A DNA stretch of 63,991 nt, the filler included, from Acetivibrio sp. (GTDB lineage: Bacteria > Bacillota > Clostridia > Acetivibrionales > Acetivibrionaceae): assembly GCF_035371925.1 (NCBI RefSeq). It is 14 parts of 14 records of this genome, joined end to end, with 100 filler letters (N's around TTAATTAATTAA, not from the genome) between each part and the next. Parts side by side here need not be neighbours in the genome. Positions count along the whole stretch, not along the records: positions 16,240 to 21,367 come from NZ_DAORXT010000138.1; positions 21,468 to 26,229 come from NZ_DAORXT010000140.1; positions 26,330 to 31,059 come from NZ_DAORXT010000141.1; 11 more parts are not named here. One strand, given 5' to 3'. A model generated the notes under the pieces. That model searched no databases and was not told the DNA's origin. It was given only the letters and a program-made list of their open reading frames with translations. Positions 19,781 to 29,266 of the stretch are shown here, in pieces (the first letter of the stretch is position 1; every line of letters starts with the position of its first letter). The position numbers and the translations under genes were made by a program.

Positions 19781-20348
19781 GTTTATACCTCCATAAACTT
19801 CGAAAACTCATGCTACTTACGAGTACAAATTTTCCTCTTGTATTAAAATCAATTTTACCACAAAACTATCTTCCATTACAATGAGGATAAACCTTCCTTA
19901 TCAATGAGGTACATTAAGAAAGGCTCTCTAAGTCTTAAAGACAGTCCTAAAAATATTTATTATGAAAATTATTTCCCCTAAAACAGGGAAAAGAGAGTAA
20001 ATCTACTCTCTTTTTTCCCGGATATTTTTCTTTAGTTTTTTTCACTTGTTATCTTTTGCTTTTAAGCTTCTTAATCCTTGGTACCTAATATTCTTTAATC
20101 ATTAGTAGGAAGAAAAATTATATTAATTGTTTAAAAGTTACTGCAAAGGTTAGTTTTTTGTAACCCTTCTTAAAAGCATTCAAAATAAAATATATGCCTC
20201 TTTCCAATTATGCCCGGAAAGAATTGCTTATATACATCATATTGCATTATACAATATATTGTATCATTTGTTCATATATTGTCAATATGTATGGAGAAAA
20301 ATTTTGAAGAAAATTTGTACCATTTCTGTTTTTTTGTAATTTTATATC

Positions 20349-20375
20349 AAAAAGTGGGCCTGTTCGGCCCATTTC
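20349..20375 (-). terminator. Terminator downstream of ytxC
   Basis: Minus strand AATGGGCC-GAACA-GGCCCACTTTTT. Confidence 0.7.
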
Positions 20376-20389
20376 AATGCGGTTAAAGT

Positions 20390-21322
20390 TTAGATTTGAC
20401 TTTTATTTTCACTTCTTACCATATTCACCATGCACAATTCGCATTCGGAGCATATGACAACCTTACCCCAGAAAACATTTTTTATCGTTTCAAGAAGCTC
20501 CTTGTTTCTAAAGGATTTGGCGCCATGTATAACAAGCTTTCTTGGTGCCATGGTGATAAGGGAACTTACAAGGAGGTCATCATAATTCACTTCTCCTTCG
20601 GGTATGTCGTTCATAAATTCCTGAAGGCAATCATTTGTGATTTCATGTTTGTTCTCATCAAGCAGTACATATTTATTGTCATAACTCACAATAATGTGGA
20701 CAACATTGAATTTGGGTTCCTGTCTGTCAACAAAATATCTCAAAAGCATGATAAACTCCCGGTATTCCCTTTCCATGAGGAAATCATCCACTGCTTTCTC
20801 TACTATTTCTTCAAGGTCCTTCATATAATCCTTCAGGCGAAAATTTACAAAACCGTCCAGTATGACACTGTTTGAAGTTTCAAAATACTCCAGTAATCTT
20901 TTTATTATAATATTCTTCCTTCGAATCTGAAAAAAACTGTTTAATAGATTTCTATCCTCATTTTTTATTATTGCAAGAGCAAGCCTTTGTATTTCTTTCC
21001 TCTCTACCTGGGTAAAATAACAATAATTGCTGTTTATTATTCTGTATATCAACTTTTCTTCATACTTATCAATGATAAAACTCGCCAAAGCATTGGAAAC
21101 ATTAAAAACCAATTCCCTATATAAATGAGAATTCATGTCCGAAGGAGCATCGTCATCTGCCAAACTACAGATAACTGAAGTTGAGCCTTCCGATTCGACA
21201 ACATCTCTCACCAGGTAATTTCTGTTCTTTTTATTATTTCGGGATAGTTCATTTATCAAACAGTTTTTCAAACTGTCAGCATCGTCATTAACCCCAATAC
21301 AAAGAAACTGCATCAACTTCAC
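20390..21322 (-). CDS. ytxC: Putative sporulation protein, YtxC family
   Basis: LDGFVNFRLKDY, EREYREFIMLLRYFV, DDLLVSSLITMAP motifs. Confidence 0.85.
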   Translation of the reverse strand: MKLMQFLCIGVNDDADSLKNCLINELSRNNKKNRNYLVRDVVESEGSTSVICSLADDDAPSDMNSHLYRELVFNVSNALASFIIDKYEEKLIYRIINSNYCYFTQVERKEIQRLALAIIKNEDRNLLNSFFQIRRKNIIIKRLLEYFETSNSVILDGFVNFRLKDYMKDLEEIVEKAVDDFLMEREYREFIMLLRYFVDRQEPKFNVVHIIVSYDNKYVLLDENKHEITNDCLQEFMNDIPEGEVNYDDLLVSSLITMAPRKLVIHGAKSFRNKELLETIKNVFWGKVVICSECELCMVNMVRSENKSQI

Positions 21323-21566
21323 ATCCCTTCAAACGTAGTATATGTCTTAGCAATTTGTTGTATGCAGNNNNNNNNNNNNNNNNNNNNNNNNNNNNNNNNN
21401 NNNNNNNNNNNTTAATTAATTAANNNNNNNNNNNNNNNNNNNNNNNNNNNNNNNNNNNNNNNNNNNNAAATTGTATATCAGTTGAGAGCGTGACATAATT
21501 TCGGTAAGAATGGGAAATTTCGCAAAATAGAGCCATATTGTTAGTTGGGATTTGGGGTGAATATAA

Positions 21567-22160
21567 TTGAAATTTAAAAGAGCTGTTGTTGCTTTAATCG
21601 TATTGATTTGTTTTTGTATAACTTTGTTTGCTGCGTTTAAAGCAGGTATGAAATATTGTATCAATAAAAGACTTAATCAAGATAGAGAATGTTACATAGG
21701 TAGTTTTTATTCTGAATTATGCCTAACAATAGAGCTATTATCGTCAGTGGAGGACTGGGAACTCAGTATTCAGAGTACTACTATAAGAAAGAACCCATTC
21801 AGACAGTTGTTAACTAAATTGAATTCCATGAAGAAATTGAATGAATATGCATATTGGAACATGAGAAATGACAAAAATGCATATGTGTTTACAGACCTTA
21901 AAGAGTCATTTGGGTTGATACAAACCACTATAGGAGACGGTTGGACCTGTGATGATTTTTTAAAAGATGGTGTCCTCTCTCAAAATGAAATCAGATTTTT
22001 AATTTCTCTAAAGCAGGATTTGGAGAGAATTAAGAATAGCTTATACAACGAGGAGACCGGGCAAGCAAATTCAAACATTACAATGGAGGAATTGCGCGAT
22101 ATTGTTAAGCCTTTTACGGACAAATATGATCGCGGCTTTATATTAATACAGAACAACTAA
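21567..22160 (+). CDS. Hypothetical protein with N-terminal membrane anchor
   Basis: 197-aa ORF, TTG start after GGGGTG, N-terminal hydrophobic helix. Confidence 0.65.
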   Translation: MKFKRAVVALIVLICFCITLFAAFKAGMKYCINKRLNQDRECYIGSFYSELCLTIELLSSVEDWELSIQSTTIRKNPFRQLLTKLNSMKKLNEYAYWNMRNDKNAYVFTDLKESFGLIQTTIGDGWTCDDFLKDGVLSQNEIRFLISLKQDLERIKNSLYNEETGQANSNITMEELRDIVKPFTDKYDRGFILIQNN

Positions 22161-22266
22161 TTCGATTTTAATTTTTTCGTTAATCAAAAATTTGTTACTT
22201 TTATACTGCGACTTGTCCTTACCTCTCTGAGTATTGGTGCTGTTAAGCTGTCATATGTTTATATTC

Positions 22267-22629
22267 TTAGACTAATGTCATAAAGGTGTAATCAGGATAT
22301 TGCCTGCAAATTTCCTCATACAGTTTTTTATCAAGTAATGCAGGAAACAGAGGAGATTTATAAGTTATGTATCCTTTCCCGTCTTGATCATAAAAAGTAC
22401 AAGCTGCCAATTCCTCGATAAAATTTATCATATCTTTTTCGCTTTTTTCTTTGGGAGCTTTCTGCAACACTTCGTCTGAAACATTTAATATTCTGTATCC
22501 ATCTGCTCTGTCGCCTTCTAGAATATAGTATTTTCCGTTATACTTGATACATTTAACGCCACTATATTATCCCCACTTACCAAAAACATAGGTGCTAAGA
22601 AATCCCGTATCCAACCTGTGTAAGCCCAT
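22267..22629 (-). pseudogene. Hypothetical gene interrupted by one in-frame TAA
   Basis: AAAGGAAG RBS with ATG at 22629 reads MGLHRLDTGFLSTYVFGKWG*YSGVKCIKY..., in frame with the 67-aa ORF 22267-22470. Stop at 22567-22569. Confidence 0.5.
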
Positions 22630-23003
22630 ACCGTTCTTCCTTTCAATTACATTTAACTCTATTATACAATGGTTTAATTATTCAATATATAAAAACCATT
22701 ATATATAAATGATTAGAAAAGTTCAATTTTTACTTTGTGTAATTAGGATTTTACATTAACGATACATTTCAAATTTAAATTCTGTCCATTGATGGATGAA
22801 TCCTACTCTTTCAGTAAAAAGCAAAGATTCGTAAGAAGAGAGAAAAGAGCTGTTATGCGTAGAGTGGCAAGTATGGTAAAATTGTGGTTAATATTGGATA
22901 TTTTTCGGACGCAACCTTTTGCTTTTTTATTATTGTACCGGCAATGAATACAATAATAGGAAATAGAGTAATAAATATATAGGAATTTAATAAAATAAAT
23001 GTC

Positions 23004-23032
23004 TTGAAGTATTATAAATTATTAAGTATAAT
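23004..23032 (+). promoter_or_regulatory. SigA-type promoter for the SRP RNA
   Basis: TTGAAG-17-TATAAT. Confidence 0.55.
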
Positions 23033-23086
23033 ATATAAAGTCCCCTTAATGATTATTCTTAAGAGGAATAATGATAAGTTAATATT

Positions 23087-23356
23087 TGGTCGTGCTAGAT
23101 GGGGAGGTAGCGGTGCCCTGTACCTGCAATCCGCTATAGCAGGGTTGAATTCCTATAATAGGCATGCTTCTGTAAGGTCTGCCCTTTGTAAGTGGCAATG
23201 AAAATTGGGTCCTACGCAACGGAAGTCTATGAACCCCGTCAGGTTCGGAAGAAAGCAGCGGTAAGTAGTCCCTTTCGTGTGCCGTGGGATTGCCTGATTT
23301 GAGCTAACTGCATTGGTTACGCTTGTATATGCATGTCGAAAATAGGTGCACGACCA
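23087..23356 (+). ncRNA. ffs: Large bacterial SRP RNA (scRNA)
   Basis: Terminal pairing TGGTCGTGC/GCACGACCA, Alu-domain GCGGTGCCCTGTACCTGCAATCCGC, helix 8 CCGTCAGGTTCGGAAGAAAGCAGCGG; directly upstream of dnaX. Confidence 0.95.
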
Positions 23357-23467
23357 TTTAAAATAAAACATAAGCATATCAAATTGACTTAAAAAGCTAT
23401 TTAAACTATTAAATAGCTTATTTTATATTAATCAGCTTTTTGATATAAAGGGAGCAGGAGGATTTTT

Positions 23468-25087
23468 GTGTCATATCTGGCTTTATATAGAAAATGGAGA
23501 CCTATGGTCTTTGAAGATGTGGTTGAACAGGAACACGTTGTAAAGACGCTAAGGAACAGTATCAGTTCCGGACGTATAGCTCATGCATATCTCTTTTGTG
23601 GGACAAGGGGTACCGGAAAAACCACCATGGCAAAAATTTTTTCGAGGGCTGTAAACTGTTTGGAGACAAAAAACGGTGACCCTTGCAACCAATGTGAGGT
23701 TTGTCAGGGAATACTTAGCGGAAGCCTTTTGGATGTCATAGAAATAGATGCCGCATCAAACAATAGTGTGGATGATATAAGGGATATCAGGGATGAAGTC
23801 ATATATACTCCTTCAAAAGCCAGATACAAGGTTTATATTATTGACGAAGTTCATATGCTTTCAACAGGGGCATTCAATGCACTTTTAAAGACTTTAGAGG
23901 AGCCGCCGGCCCATGTGATATTTATTCTTGCAACTACTGAGCCGCACAAGCTCCCTGCAACCATACTGTCCCGCTGCCAAAGGTTTGATTTCAGGAGAAT
24001 TCCGGTTGATAGTATTGTAAAAAGAATTGAGTATATTGCCAAAGAAAGTGGAGTGGAAATACAAAGGGAAGCATCGAAACTTATTGCAAAGCTTTCTGAT
24101 GGTGCCTTAAGAGACGCCATAAGCATATTGGACCAATGCATATCCCTTGGGAACAAGGAGCTGACCTATGAAGATGTTTTATCTGTAGTAGGCCTTGTGG
24201 CAGATACCTTTATTGGCGATGTCGTAGATGCCGTAAAGAATAAAGAGGTAGACAGGGTGCTTAAGGCTGTTGATGAACTGGTGATGGAAGGCAAGAATAT
24301 CAGCCAGTTTGTTTCTGAGATGGTGATGTATTACAGAAATATGATGATTTGCAGCTCGGTATCGAATCCCGAAGATATAATTGATGCTCCATTGGATTCA
24401 ATTCAAAAGATGAAGGAGCAGTGCAACGGGCTGGAGCTGTTTGAGATTGTGGCCGTGATAAAAGAGCTGTCTTCACTGGAAGCGACGCTGAAATTGACTT
24501 CGCATCCAAGGGCTCTTTTGGAAGCTACTCTTATCAAGCTTTGTGAAAATAAAGTGGACTTGGGTGATGCCGGAGTATTGGCGAGAATCCAGTTATTGGA
24601 GAAGAGTATTAATGACATTATGGAAAAGGGTGTTGCCGTACCCAGGAATGATTCCGGCAGCTCTGAGACTGCGAATTCCGATAAAGGAAATTCGGCATCC
24701 GGAGATGACAAACCCATTGAGAAAAAGAATATTGCCAAAAACATGAAGGGAATTGAAGCGTGGCAGGAAGTATTGAATGAGCTTAAGAGCAGAGGCAGAA
24801 TGGCTGTATATGCCTACCTTTTGGATACCAAACTTATAGAGTTGGGCTCAAATCAAGTTGGAATAGTGTTTAACAATGGCTGCAGAATGCTCGTTGAAAA
24901 ATCCGAAAACATTGAAGTTGTAGAAAAGTGCCTTTGTGATTGCCTTGGAAAAAATGTTCGGGTTAAATGTTTGGATGAAGAAGACATTGTTGATGCAGGC
25001 AAAAAAGAGGAAAAGGATGAGCTCATTGAGAAGGCTCAGGATTTTGCCGAAAAGTTGGATGTCAAACTGAATATAATTGACGAGTGA
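23468..25087 (+). CDS. dnaX: DNA polymerase III subunit gamma/tau
   Basis: LYRKWRP, GTRGTGKT, EIDAASN, IIDEVHML, TILSRCQRF. Confidence 0.97.
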   Translation: MSYLALYRKWRPMVFEDVVEQEHVVKTLRNSISSGRIAHAYLFCGTRGTGKTTMAKIFSRAVNCLETKNGDPCNQCEVCQGILSGSLLDVIEIDAASNNSVDDIRDIRDEVIYTPSKARYKVYIIDEVHMLSTGAFNALLKTLEEPPAHVIFILATTEPHKLPATILSRCQRFDFRRIPVDSIVKRIEYIAKESGVEIQREASKLIAKLSDGALRDAISILDQCISLGNKELTYEDVLSVVGLVADTFIGDVVDAVKNKEVDRVLKAVDELVMEGKNISQFVSEMVMYYRNMMICSSVSNPEDIIDAPLDSIQKMKEQCNGLELFEIVAVIKELSSLEATLKLTSHPRALLEATLIKLCENKVDLGDAGVLARIQLLEKSINDIMEKGVAVPRNDSGSSETANSDKGNSASGDDKPIEKKNIAKNMKGIEAWQEVLNELKSRGRMAVYAYLLDTKLIELGSNQVGIVFNNGCRMLVEKSENIEVVEKCLCDCLGKNVRVKCLDEEDIVDAGKKEEKDELIEKAQDFAEKLDVKLNIIDE

Positions 25088-25204
25088 ATTTCAAAAATTT
25101 TACTGGTGTTTTTAGCATATATTGATATATAATGATGGTTAGGTATTTTTAAATTCGGATATATGTAATCTGAATATATAATATAAAATTGGAGGTAGAC
25201 GATA

Positions 25205-25546
25205 ATGGCAAAAGGCGGTTTCCCGGGATTCGGCGGAAATATAAACAATCTGGTAAAGCAGGCGCAAAAGATGCAAAGGGATATGGAGAGAGTTCAGGAA
25301 GAACTCAAGGACAAAACTGTTGAAGCATCTGCCGGTGGAGGAGCAGTTACTGTAATTGCCACAGGAAAGAAAGATATTAAGGAAATTACTATAAAACCGG
25401 AGGTTGTTGACCCTGATGATGTTGAAATGCTCCAAGACCTTATACTTGCAGCAGTCAACGAAGCTTTAAGAAAAGCCGATGAAATGGTTACAACCGAGAT
25501 TAGCAAGGTTACGGGCGGATTGGGTGGAATTCCCGGTTTGTTTTAG
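25205..25546 (+). CDS. ybaB: YbaB/EbfC nucleoid-associated protein
   Basis: [31 protein letters not shown]; lies between dnaX and recR. Confidence 0.95.
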   Translation: MAKGGFPGFGGNINNLVKQAQKMQRDMERVQEELKDKTVEASAGGGAVTVIATGKKDIKEITIKPEVVDPDDVEMLQDLILAAVNEALRKADEMVTTEISKVTGGLGGIPGLF

Positions 25547-25578
25547 TTGATGTTTACAATGATAAAGGGTGAAAATAC

Positions 25579-26178
25579 ATGAGCTTTTATGCTGCACCGA
25601 TAGCAAGGCTTATAGAGGAGTTTGAAAAGCTCCCCGGCATAGGCCACAAGACTGCCCAGAGATTGGCCTTTCATGTGCTGGATATGCCTCAGGAAAAAGT
25701 TGATAGGCTGGCAAACGCCATAACCGAAGCAAAGCAAAAAACAAAATTCTGTTCGGTATGCGGTAATTTAACCGATTCGGAGGTTTGCCCGCTTTGCAGT
25801 TCGGAAAAAAGGGACAGCTCTATAATTTGTGTCGTTGAAGACGCAAGGGATGTTGTTGCAATGGAGAAAATACGGGAGTTTAAAGGGCTTTACCATGTAC
25901 TTCACGGAGCAATATCGCCTATGCAGGGGATTGGCCCGGAGGATATTAAAATCAAGGAGCTTTTGGACAGGATAAAGGAAGGAAATATCAAAGAAGTTAT
26001 TATTGCGACAAATCCCAATATTGAGGGTGAAGCTACTGCCATGTATATTTCAAAGCTCGTTAAGCCTTTGGGTATTAGGACCACGAGAATAGCTCACGGA
26101 ATACCTGTGGGCGGAGACCTTGAATATGCGGATGAGGTTACATTGGCAAAGGCTTTGGAGGGAAGACGCGAGATTTAG
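25579..26178 (+). CDS. recR: Recombination mediator RecR
   Basis: [19 protein letters not shown]...[25 protein letters not shown]. Confidence 0.97.
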   Translation: MSFYAAPIARLIEEFEKLPGIGHKTAQRLAFHVLDMPQEKVDRLANAITEAKQKTKFCSVCGNLTDSEVCPLCSSEKRDSSIICVVEDARDVVAMEKIREFKGLYHVLHGAISPMQGIGPEDIKIKELLDRIKEGNIKEVIIATNPNIEGEATAMYISKLVKPLGIRTTRIAHGIPVGGDLEYADEVTLAKALEGRREI

Positions 26179-26347
26179 TTCCCTTTAAGATGCTGTCTAC
26201 ATCAAATAAACTCCTATCATTTTGCAAATNNNNNNNNNNNNNNNNNNNNNNNNNNNNNNNNNNNNNNNNNNNNTTAATTAATTAANNNNNNNNNNNNNNN
26301 NNNNNNNNNNNNNNNNNNNNNNNNNNNNNTTATAAATTATGCAGTTT

Positions 26348-27124
26348 TTAATATTCCCACAATCTCTTGGTTCCAATTTCATCTTCTGCAATAATGCCGT
26401 TTTTTATACTTTCATTTTTGAGCTCATCATAGAATAACGCATAAGCAGTCATCATGTACGGTATTGTAATGGCAAAACCAATGGAAAAAGTGAATATCGA
26501 AATCAATATCCAGCCAATAAAGCTCAAGGTAAGCAAAAAGAGCTCTTTCCTATGTCCTTTCATCATTCTTTTGCTCAAATCCGCCACTTTCCTAATGTCC
26601 ATTGTAGGATTGTCGGCCAATATAAAAAAGCTCATACTATAATCAAGCGCCTTGAATATTCCCGGCACAATCAATAAAAGCGACCACACTAAAATTAAAA
26701 GAGTAGTCCAAATATAAAGTGCTGCAGCGTTTATAAAATACCTAAAACCGTAAAACACATACTTTAAGCTGACACGGTAAGGGTGCTCAGCTGTATCGAG
26801 AGTTATTTTTACCTTTTTTCCAAGAGATATTTCCGCTCCAAAAAGATTAAATTTCCCTTTTATCTTTTTTTCCTTTTCTTTATCATTCTTTTCTTTTTTG
26901 GTCCTAGGCTCCTTTTCCGCCCTTGCTATACCTAGAAAGTAAATGGTACATCCTAATACTATCGGACCGTTAATTATTAATGACGTCTGCAAGCTCAAAC
27001 GCCCCAGCAAAAGAAACAACAGAACATAAAACAGCACCACCATTATATACAAAAGTGCCAAATTCGCTCCATTGTTGCTTAGCTGGAATCTCGCTTTCCT
27101 TTTTAATCTTCCCAAATCCATCAA
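26348..27124 (-). CDS. DUF975 family membrane protein
   Basis: WSLLLIVPGIFKALDYSMSFFILADNP, SKRMMKGHRKELFLL; Lys-rich insertion after TM2. Confidence 0.8.
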   Translation of the reverse strand: MMDLGRLKRKARFQLSNNGANLALLYIMVVLFYVLLFLLLGRLSLQTSLIINGPIVLGCTIYFLGIARAEKEPRTKKEKNDKEKEKKIKGKFNLFGAEISLGKKVKITLDTAEHPYRVSLKYVFYGFRYFINAAALYIWTTLLILVWSLLLIVPGIFKALDYSMSFFILADNPTMDIRKVADLSKRMMKGHRKELFLLTLSFIGWILISIFTFSIGFAITIPYMMTAYALFYDELKNESIKNGIIAEDEIGTKRLWEY

Positions 27125-27365
27125 ACATTACCCCCACATATATCTAATTCATTTTATCTTCGTTCATTCTGCTATTTTATCATATTCTTTAATTCAATAC
27201 AAAGAAAAAAACTCATAACTTAACCGTAATATACCATTATTTTATGCATTTTTAAGGTATAATTCACTGGCTTAACCCCAAAATAAATAGTATTTATGTC
27301 TTCTCTAAGTTATAATAATATTGATATACTTGTTTGCAAATAATAACTCAAAGGATGTGATAAAC

Positions 27366-28712
27366 GTGTCAAAAATCACTTTCCCAAAAGATTTCATATG
27401 GGGTTCTGCAACAGCGGCATATCAAATCGAAGGTGCATACAATGAAGATGGCAAAGGTGAATCTGTGTGGGATCGCTTTTCCCATACTCCGGGTAAAATA
27501 GCCGACGGTCATACCGGAGATACCGCATGCGACCACTATCATCGTTATGAAGAAGACATCAAAATAATGAAAGAACTCGGCCTTCAGTCATACAGGTTTT
27601 CCATCTCATGGCCCAGAATTTTCCCCGAGGGAACAGGTCAGTTAAATCAAAAGGGATTGGATTTCTACAAGCGGCTGACAAATCTGCTTTTGGAAAACGG
27701 AATTACGCCGGCAATCACCCTTTACCACTGGGATCTTCCTCAAAAACTTCAGGACAAGGGCGGATGGCAAAATAGAGATACCACCGATTATTTTACAGAA
27801 TATAGCAGAGAAATATTTAAAGCCTTAGGAGACATTGTTCCGATATGGTTTACTATCAACGAACCCGCAGTTGTGACTATTCTTGGTCATTTATTGGGCG
27901 TTCATGCTCCGGGCATAAAAGACCTTCGCACATCCCTGGAGGTTGCTCACAATCTCCTTTTGGCCCACGGCAAAACCGTAAAACTGTTTAGAGAAATGGG
28001 AACCGACGGCCAAATAGGGATAGCTTACAATTTATCGTATCATTATCCCGCATCCGAAAAGCCTGAGGATGTTTTAGCAGCAGAGCTGGCGTTCTCAGTG
28101 GCGGCAAGATGGTATCTTGACCCTGTGCTAAAAGGCTGCTACCCCGAAAACGCATTGGAGTTTTATAAAAAGAAGGGTATTGAGCTTTCATTCCCTCAGG
28201 AAGACCTGAAGATTATCAGCCAGCCAATAGACTTTTTGGCCTTCAACAACTATTCTTCGGAATTTATAAAGCATGATCCGTCCAGTGATTCGGGTTATTC
28301 TCCTGCAGAAAACATATTGGAGAAGCTTGAAAAAACAGATATGGACTGGGTTATATATCCTGAAGGTATGTACGATCTGCTTATGCTCCTTGACAGGGAT
28401 TACGGAAAGCCGAATATAATTATCAGTGAAAACGGAGCCGCCTTTAAAGATGATATAAGCAGTCACGGAAGGATAGAAGACACAAAGAGAATCCAGTATC
28501 TTAAGGATTATCTGACCCAAGCTCACAGAGCAATTCAGGACGGTGTAAACTTAAAAGGATATTATTTGTGGTCTCTTATGGACAACTTCGAATGGGCCTA
28601 CGGGTACAACAAGAAATTCGGTATCGTACATGTAAACTTGGAAACCCAGGAGAGAAAAATAAAAGACAGCGGTTACTGGTATAAGGAAGTCATTAATAAC
28701 AACGGCTTCTAA
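27366..28712 (+). CDS. bglA: GH1 beta-glucosidase A
   Basis: FPKDFIWGSATAAYQIEG, acid/base TINEP, nucleophile ISENG; closely resembles A. thermocellus BglA as I recall it. GTG start at 27366. Confidence 0.95.
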   Translation: MSKITFPKDFIWGSATAAYQIEGAYNEDGKGESVWDRFSHTPGKIADGHTGDTACDHYHRYEEDIKIMKELGLQSYRFSISWPRIFPEGTGQLNQKGLDFYKRLTNLLLENGITPAITLYHWDLPQKLQDKGGWQNRDTTDYFTEYSREIFKALGDIVPIWFTINEPAVVTILGHLLGVHAPGIKDLRTSLEVAHNLLLAHGKTVKLFREMGTDGQIGIAYNLSYHYPASEKPEDVLAAELAFSVAARWYLDPVLKGCYPENALEFYKKKGIELSFPQEDLKIISQPIDFLAFNNYSSEFIKHDPSSDSGYSPAENILEKLEKTDMDWVIYPEGMYDLLMLLDRDYGKPNIIISENGAAFKDDISSHGRIEDTKRIQYLKDYLTQAHRAIQDGVNLKGYYLWSLMDNFEWAYGYNKKFGIVHVNLETQERKIKDSGYWYKEVINNNGF

Positions 28713-28750
28713 CTTATACATAAGGAACATAATCATACGGCACAAAACAT

Positions 28751-28794
28751 AAAATGCTAATGTGCATCCGTATCCGAATGTCCATTAGCATTTT
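28751..28794. terminator. Bidirectional terminator after bglA
   Basis: AAAATGCTAATG ... CATTAGCATTTT. Confidence 0.7.
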
Positions 28795-28797
28795 AAT

Positions 28798-29007
28798 TTA
28801 CTCTATAACTCTAAAGCAATATATTTTATTAATATTAATATGCGCGACTTTATTTTTTCTCTTAAGCTCAATCCAGCCCTCCCGACATTCACTTACCACT
28901 CCAGATACACCAATATGAAGGAGCATTGACCACAGAGAAAAATACGCAACTATTTTCTTTCCCACATATTGTTTTAAATGACCATCCATTAAAATACCAC
29001 CCTTCAC
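28798..29007 (-). CDS. Small hypothetical protein, possibly Sm-like (DUF2642/YuzF-like)
   Basis: LKQYVGKKIV...GVVSECREGWIEL...HININKI pattern. Confidence 0.45.
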   Translation of the reverse strand: MKGGILMDGHLKQYVGKKIVAYFSLWSMLLHIGVSGVVSECREGWIELKRKNKVAHININKIYCFRVIE

Positions 29008-29156
29008 ATTTTTCTGGATAGTTATGTGTTAAATGATTTAAAAATAATATGTAGGGGATTAAGCCAATAAAACTATCCATATATATTTTATCATTAATAA
29101 CTCATAAATAGAAGCATCTAATAGCTTTTACCCAAACTTATAAGTTCAGTAATGTA

Positions 29157-29194
29157 AAAACCCTGCAATTTACCTGAATAAATTACAGGGTTTT
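29157..29194 (-). terminator. Terminator downstream of the lichenase gene
   Basis: AAAACCCTG(C)AATTT ... AAATT(A)CAGGGTTTT. Confidence 0.6.
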
Positions 29195-29266
29195 AGAATG
29201 GGGTTTTAATTTATATGGGGTTTTAAGAAAAACCTACCCATTTAACGGGTAAAGTTAAAACCACTT

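Noticed and set aside
19781..20389. 600-bp intergenic region after ytxC, checked for a T-box or sRNA
   Set aside because: No T-box GGTGGxACCGCG. Only terminator-like hairpins (19986-20019, 20349-20375) and AT-rich DNA.
21416..21664. ORFs that start in or run through N spacers (also 10809, 40478, 41464-type shadows, 49066, 49257 extensions)
   Set aside because: Produced by the artificial linker or by antisense overlap with real genes.
29188..29226. Three GGGTTTTA direct repeats downstream of licB
   Set aside because: Irregular spacing, low complexity, and they overlap a terminator arm.
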